From: Thermoplasmatota archaeon
GTDB lineage: Archaea > Thermoplasmatota > Poseidoniia > Poseidoniales > Thalassarchaeaceae
DNA length: 58,395 bases
NCBI GenBank assembly: GCA_036336595.1
Contig: JAYZFV010000034.1
Coordinates: 1 to 58,395, forward strand
Reading direction: 5' to 3'
The notes below the pieces were generated by a model. It was not told the origin of the DNA, did no database searches, and worked only from the letters and a program-made list of their open reading frames with translations. The stretch's first letter is position 1. Each line of letters begins with the position of its first letter. Of the stretch, positions 55,342 to 58,395 are shown piece by piece. Position numbers and translations under genes: made by a program.

Positions 55342-58300
55342 TCAGTCGTCCTTGCGGCGTCCTAGCATGGCAGCGCCGAGCACGGAGATCGCAGCGAGCA
55401 CGGACGGGAATCCGGGCGTGAAGCCAAGCTCGGGTTGCGCGTTCTCTCCCTTAGCGGCCTCAGACCTGCTGTCGGACGTGTCGATGGCGTCACAGTCACC
55501 GTCGCCGTCGAAGTCGGAGGGCGTCGAGCTCAGCTTCTTGCTGTCGGTGCCGCAGGCGGCCTCGACAGAGTCGCTGTAGCCGTCGCCATCGTCGTCGTCG
55601 TCGGTGTTGTCGCCTATGCCATCGCCGTCGGTGTCGTCCCACTCAGTTGGGTCGAGCGGGTACGGGTCCGCTTCGTTGAGCTCGCCGTCGCCGTCCTGGT
55701 CTGGGTCAGCGTTGTCGCCGATGTTGTCACCGTCGGTGTCGAGCCACTCCGCGCTGTTCTGCGGGAACGCGTCGTCGGCGTTGCTGACGCCGTCCTCGTC
55801 CATGTCCGAATCGGCGTTGTCACCGATGCCGTCGCCGTCCAAGTCCCTCGACTCGTTGGGGTCCATCGGGAATGCGTCGAGGCCGTCGGGGACCCCGTCG
55901 TTGTCGTCGTCGGGGTCAGAGCCGTCGCCGAGGCCGTCGCCGTCTTCGTCCGCTGTCTCGGTAGCATCGAGCGGGAAGGCGTCCTCGAAGTCGGCTTCGC
56001 CGTCGTTGTCGTCGTCGGTGTCCTCGTTGTCCCCTATCCCGTCGCCGTCGTTGTCGTTCCACTCGTTCGGGTCGTTCGGGGCCCAGTCGGATACGTCAGG
56101 CACGCCGTCGTTGTCGTCGTCGGTGTCGGACTCGTCGTCCGCCCCGTCGCCGTCGTTGTCGGAGCTGGCTTCCGGGTCCATGTCGAACTGGTCGACGTCG
56201 TTGGGTATACCGTCGCCGTCTGTGTCGTTGTCGGAGTTGTCGCCGATCCCGTCACCGTCCAGGTCCTCCCACTCGGTTGAATCGAACGGGAACTCGTCCA
56301 GGGCGTCTGTCACGCCGTCGTTGTCGTCGTCGTTGTCGGCGTTGTCGCCGGTCCCGTCGCCGTCGTTGTCGTAGGCCTCGCTGGGATCGAATGGGAACAG
56401 GTCCCACACCGTGTCCTCGCCAGACCATCCCGGGTTCTCCAGGCCAAGCTCGTCGAGGAATCCGTCCTCGCATCCTGGCCCTGCCTCACAGTTGTTCAGC
56501 TCCCAGTACTCGTCGAAGCCGATGGTGCTGCTGTTGTCGGCATCGAACATGAGTAGGTACTCCCAGGTCCAGTTGAACTCCTCCTCGGAGAGGCCGGCGC
56601 CGAACTCGTCTTCGTGGTACTCGTCCTCGCCGTCGGAGCAGTCGTCGAAGCCGTCGTTGACCAGGTCCATCGAGATGTTGGTGCCGTCGAAGCAGTCGAA
56701 CCAGTTGTCGGTCACGCCGTCCGGCTCGGTGCCGTTCTCGCCGCCGCCCATCCAGTCCTGTGGCTCGTCCTCGCCGTTGGGGCAGTCCTCCCAGCCGTCG
56801 TTGACCCACTCGAACGGGATCTCGTACTCGGTGCCGTTGTCGTGGCATACGAAGGTGTGCCCTTCTTCCTCGACACTCAGGTCGCCGCCAAAGTAGACGA
56901 ACAGCTCGGCCCAATCGACCTCGCCGTCGTCGGAGCTGTCGGCTGCGTTGAAGTTGTCAACCAAGCAGTCCAGGAACCCGTCATCGTCGAAGTCATCGTC
57001 GAAGAAGTAGGATTCGCAATCGATGGGGTTGGAGACTCCGTCGTTGTCCAGGTCGTCGTCCAACGCGTCGCAGATCCAGTCGTAGTCCATGTCGACCGGT
57101 TCGTCGCTGGCGTTGAGATCGTCAGACCCACAGAGCCACTCTTCCACGTCGCCCCATCCGTCGCCGTCGTCGTCCCAGTCCTCGTACCAGCCGCTGTCGT
57201 CGCAGTTGACGATGAACTCGGGGTCACCAGACCCGCTCATGTCGTAATCGCCGCTCATGACCCAATCGGGTGCGCCGTCGCCGTCGGTGTCCATCGCTAC
57301 GCAGGGATCGTTCGGATCCATGTCGTAGTCGTCCATGACGCCGTCGTTGTCGTCGTCGGTGTCGTTGTTGACCCAAGTCTGCGATATCGGCAGGGTGATG
57401 TCGTCCACCCAGACCGTGTCGTCGTAGCTGCTGACGCTGAAGTCCTTGTAGTACATCCACTCGAAGGTGTGGTACCCAGCAGAGATGGTCCCGGATTGGG
57501 TCCCGCTCGTCAGGCCTGACCAGCTGTTCACCAGGCTCCCGTCTAGGTAGAAGCGCAGGTAGTCCCAGTAGCCCTCGGTCGATGTCTCGTACGCGAACGA
57601 GTAGGTGCCACCCAGCGTGTCGATGCTCAGCTCGAGAGAGCTCGTCTCGGCATCGTCGATGTCGCCGGACTGCGCACTGAAGCTGCCGTTTATCACCACG
57701 TTGGACTGCACGAACCACTCCGCGTCGCCGAAGGTGGTCCAGCCGGACGGGATCGCCCCGCCCTCGAAGTTGCCCATGAAGGGCGGGTCGCCGTTGAAGT
57801 CGGGGATGCCGTCGCCGTCGTTGTCAGCCCAAGCAGTGCCGTCGTACGGGAACGGGTCGTTCTCGTCCATCACGTTGTCACCGTCGTCGTCCGGGTCAGC
57901 GTCGTCGCCGAGCCCGTCTCCGTCAGTGTCCACACAGTCGGAGTCATCGAGCGGAAGGTCGTCCTCGTCGTCGGGGCAGCCGTCGTTGTCGTCGTCGTCG
58001 TCGGCGTTGTCGCCGATTCCGTCGCCGTCCGCGTCGGTCGTCTCGTTGCCGTCCAGGGGCATGTCGTCGTTGTAGTCGTACACGCCGTCGTTGTCGTCGT
58101 CGGCGTCCTGGTTGTCGCAGTAGCCGTCGCCGTCGGTGTCGACCTGCTCGCCTGCATCGGTCGGGCAATCGTCGTCCACGTCGTCGACGCCGTCAGCGTC
58201 GTCGTCCATGTCCTCGATGTTGCAGTCGTCCGTCTCGTTGCCGTCGTCGTCGAGGTCGCACTCGCCCGAGCCCAGAACCAAGTACGGGAACACGATGTTG

Positions 58301-58395
58301 TCGAGCATGACCCTGTCGTCACCCACTGACACCGTGTCATCCTTTGCGTAGGTCCAAGTGAAGGTGTGCACGCCTGCGTCGACCCAGCCCTCGTA
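55342..58395 (-). CDS. Large acidic Ca2+-binding cell-surface protein with thrombospondin type-3 repeats and a PGF-CTERM anchor (5' end outside the window)
   Basis: Many [19 protein letters not shown] repeats, and C-terminus [25 protein letters not shown]. The frame is open to the window edge ([11 protein letters not shown]...). Confidence 0.9.
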   Translation of the reverse strand, partial: YEGWVDAGVHTFTWTYAKDDTVSVGDDRVMLDNIVFPYLVLGSGECDLDDDGNETDDCNIEDMDDDADGVDDVDDDCPTDAGEQVDTDGDGYCDNQDADDDNDGVYDYNDDMPLDGNETTDADGDGIGDNADDDDDNDGCPDDEDDLPLDDSDCVDTDGDGLGDDADPDDDGDNVMDENDPFPYDGTAWADNDGDGIPDFNGDPPFMGNFEGGAIPSGWTTFGDAEWFVQSNVVINGSFSAQSGDIDDAETSSLELSIDTLGGTYSFAYETSTEGYWDYLRFYLDGSLVNSWSGLTSGTQSGTISAGYHTFEWMYYKDFSVSSYDDTVWVDDITLPISQTWVNNDTDDDNDGVMDDYDMDPNDPCVAMDTDGDGAPDWVMSGDYDMSGSGDPEFIVNCDDSGWYEDWDDDGDGWGDVEEWLCGSDDLNASDEPVDMDYDWICDALDDDLDNDGVSNPIDCESYFFDDDFDDDGFLDCLVDNFNAADSSDDGEVDWAELFVYFGGDLSVEEEGHTFVCHDNGTEYEIPFEWVNDGWEDCPNGEDEPQDWMGGGENGTEPDGVTDNWFDCFDGTNISMDLVNDGFDDCSDGEDEYHEDEFGAGLSEEEFNWTWEYLLMFDADNSSTIGFDEYWELNNCEAGPGCEDGFLDELGLENPGWSGEDTVWDLFPFDPSEAYDNDGDGTGDNADNDDDNDGVTDALDEFPFDSTEWEDLDGDGIGDNSDNDTDGDGIPNDVDQFDMDPEASSDNDGDGADDESDTDDDNDGVPDVSDWAPNDPNEWNDNDGDGIGDNEDTDDDNDGEADFEDAFPLDATETADEDGDGLGDGSDPDDDNDGVPDGLDAFPMDPNESRDLDGDGIGDNADSDMDEDGVSNADDAFPQNSAEWLDTDGDNIGDNADPDQDGDGELNEADPYPLDPTEWDDTDGDGIGDNTDDDDDGDGYSDSVEAACGTDSKKLSSTPSDFDGDGDCDAIDTSDSRSEAAKGENAQPELGFTPGFPSVLAAISVLGAAMLGRRKDD
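55480..56400 (-). repeat. Array of thrombospondin type-3-like Asp-rich repeats (coding)
   Basis: Recurrent ~35-aa unit E..D.DGDG.GDN.D.DDDNDG..D..D.FP.D. At DNA level this gives (GTC)n-rich repeats on the plus strand. A second array lies at about 57790-58260. Confidence 0.85.

Noticed and set aside
55435-58351. Long overlapping ORFs rich in Val, Ser, Thr or Arg, and (GTC)n-like DNA repeats
   Set aside because: These are shadow frames of the Asp (GAC)-rich TSP3 repeats. There is no fixed repeat-spacer structure, so this is not a CRISPR array or separate genes.
50000-58395. Visibly higher GC toward the right end, suggesting a foreign island
   Set aside because: The rise is gradual and includes core genes (srp54, aIF5A). 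There is no integrase, transposase or flanking repeat, and codon bias plus Asp/Gly richness can explain it. GC was judged by eye only.

Overview
This is a densely packed (~50 CDS) archaeal core-genome segment. The gene mix suggests Thermoplasmatota, most likely Marine Group II (Ca. Poseidoniales); this is an inference, not a database result. Translation and RNA genes include metG, proS, glyS, the rps12-rps7-EF-2 cluster, aIF5A, tiaS, trmY, dph6, tpt1 and srp54. Also present are the psmA-SBDS-rrp4-rrp41-rrp42-rpl37Ae-pcc1-pfdB superoperon, priS and rfcL. Metabolic and transport genes include futalosine-pathway mqnD/mqnA/mqnE, a split transketolase, coaBC, a thiolase, isopentenyl phosphate kinase, a fused IDI1-GGPP synthase, a UbiD-family decarboxylase, gmhA/gmhB-like genes, trkAH and an OPT transporter. 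An archaeosortase and a PGF-CTERM Ca2+-binding surface protein (truncated by the window end) also occur. I saw no rRNA, intact tRNA, CRISPR array or mobile element. The best candidate for an undescribed system is a 160-aa half-length homologue of eukaryotic deoxyhypusine hydroxylase (DOHH, 6258-6740). It has two His-Glu motifs at the eukaryotic spacing and mixes signatures of both DOHH halves, so it may be a homodimeric archaeal hypusine-forming enzyme; its putative substrate aIF5A is in the same window. Other leads are a 1765-aa Lhr helicase with a duplicated AlkZ-like tail, LDL-receptor-A-like modules in the surface protein, a probable CTG start for trmY, and a motif shared upstream of three translation/RNA genes. 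All calls come from motif recognition by eye.
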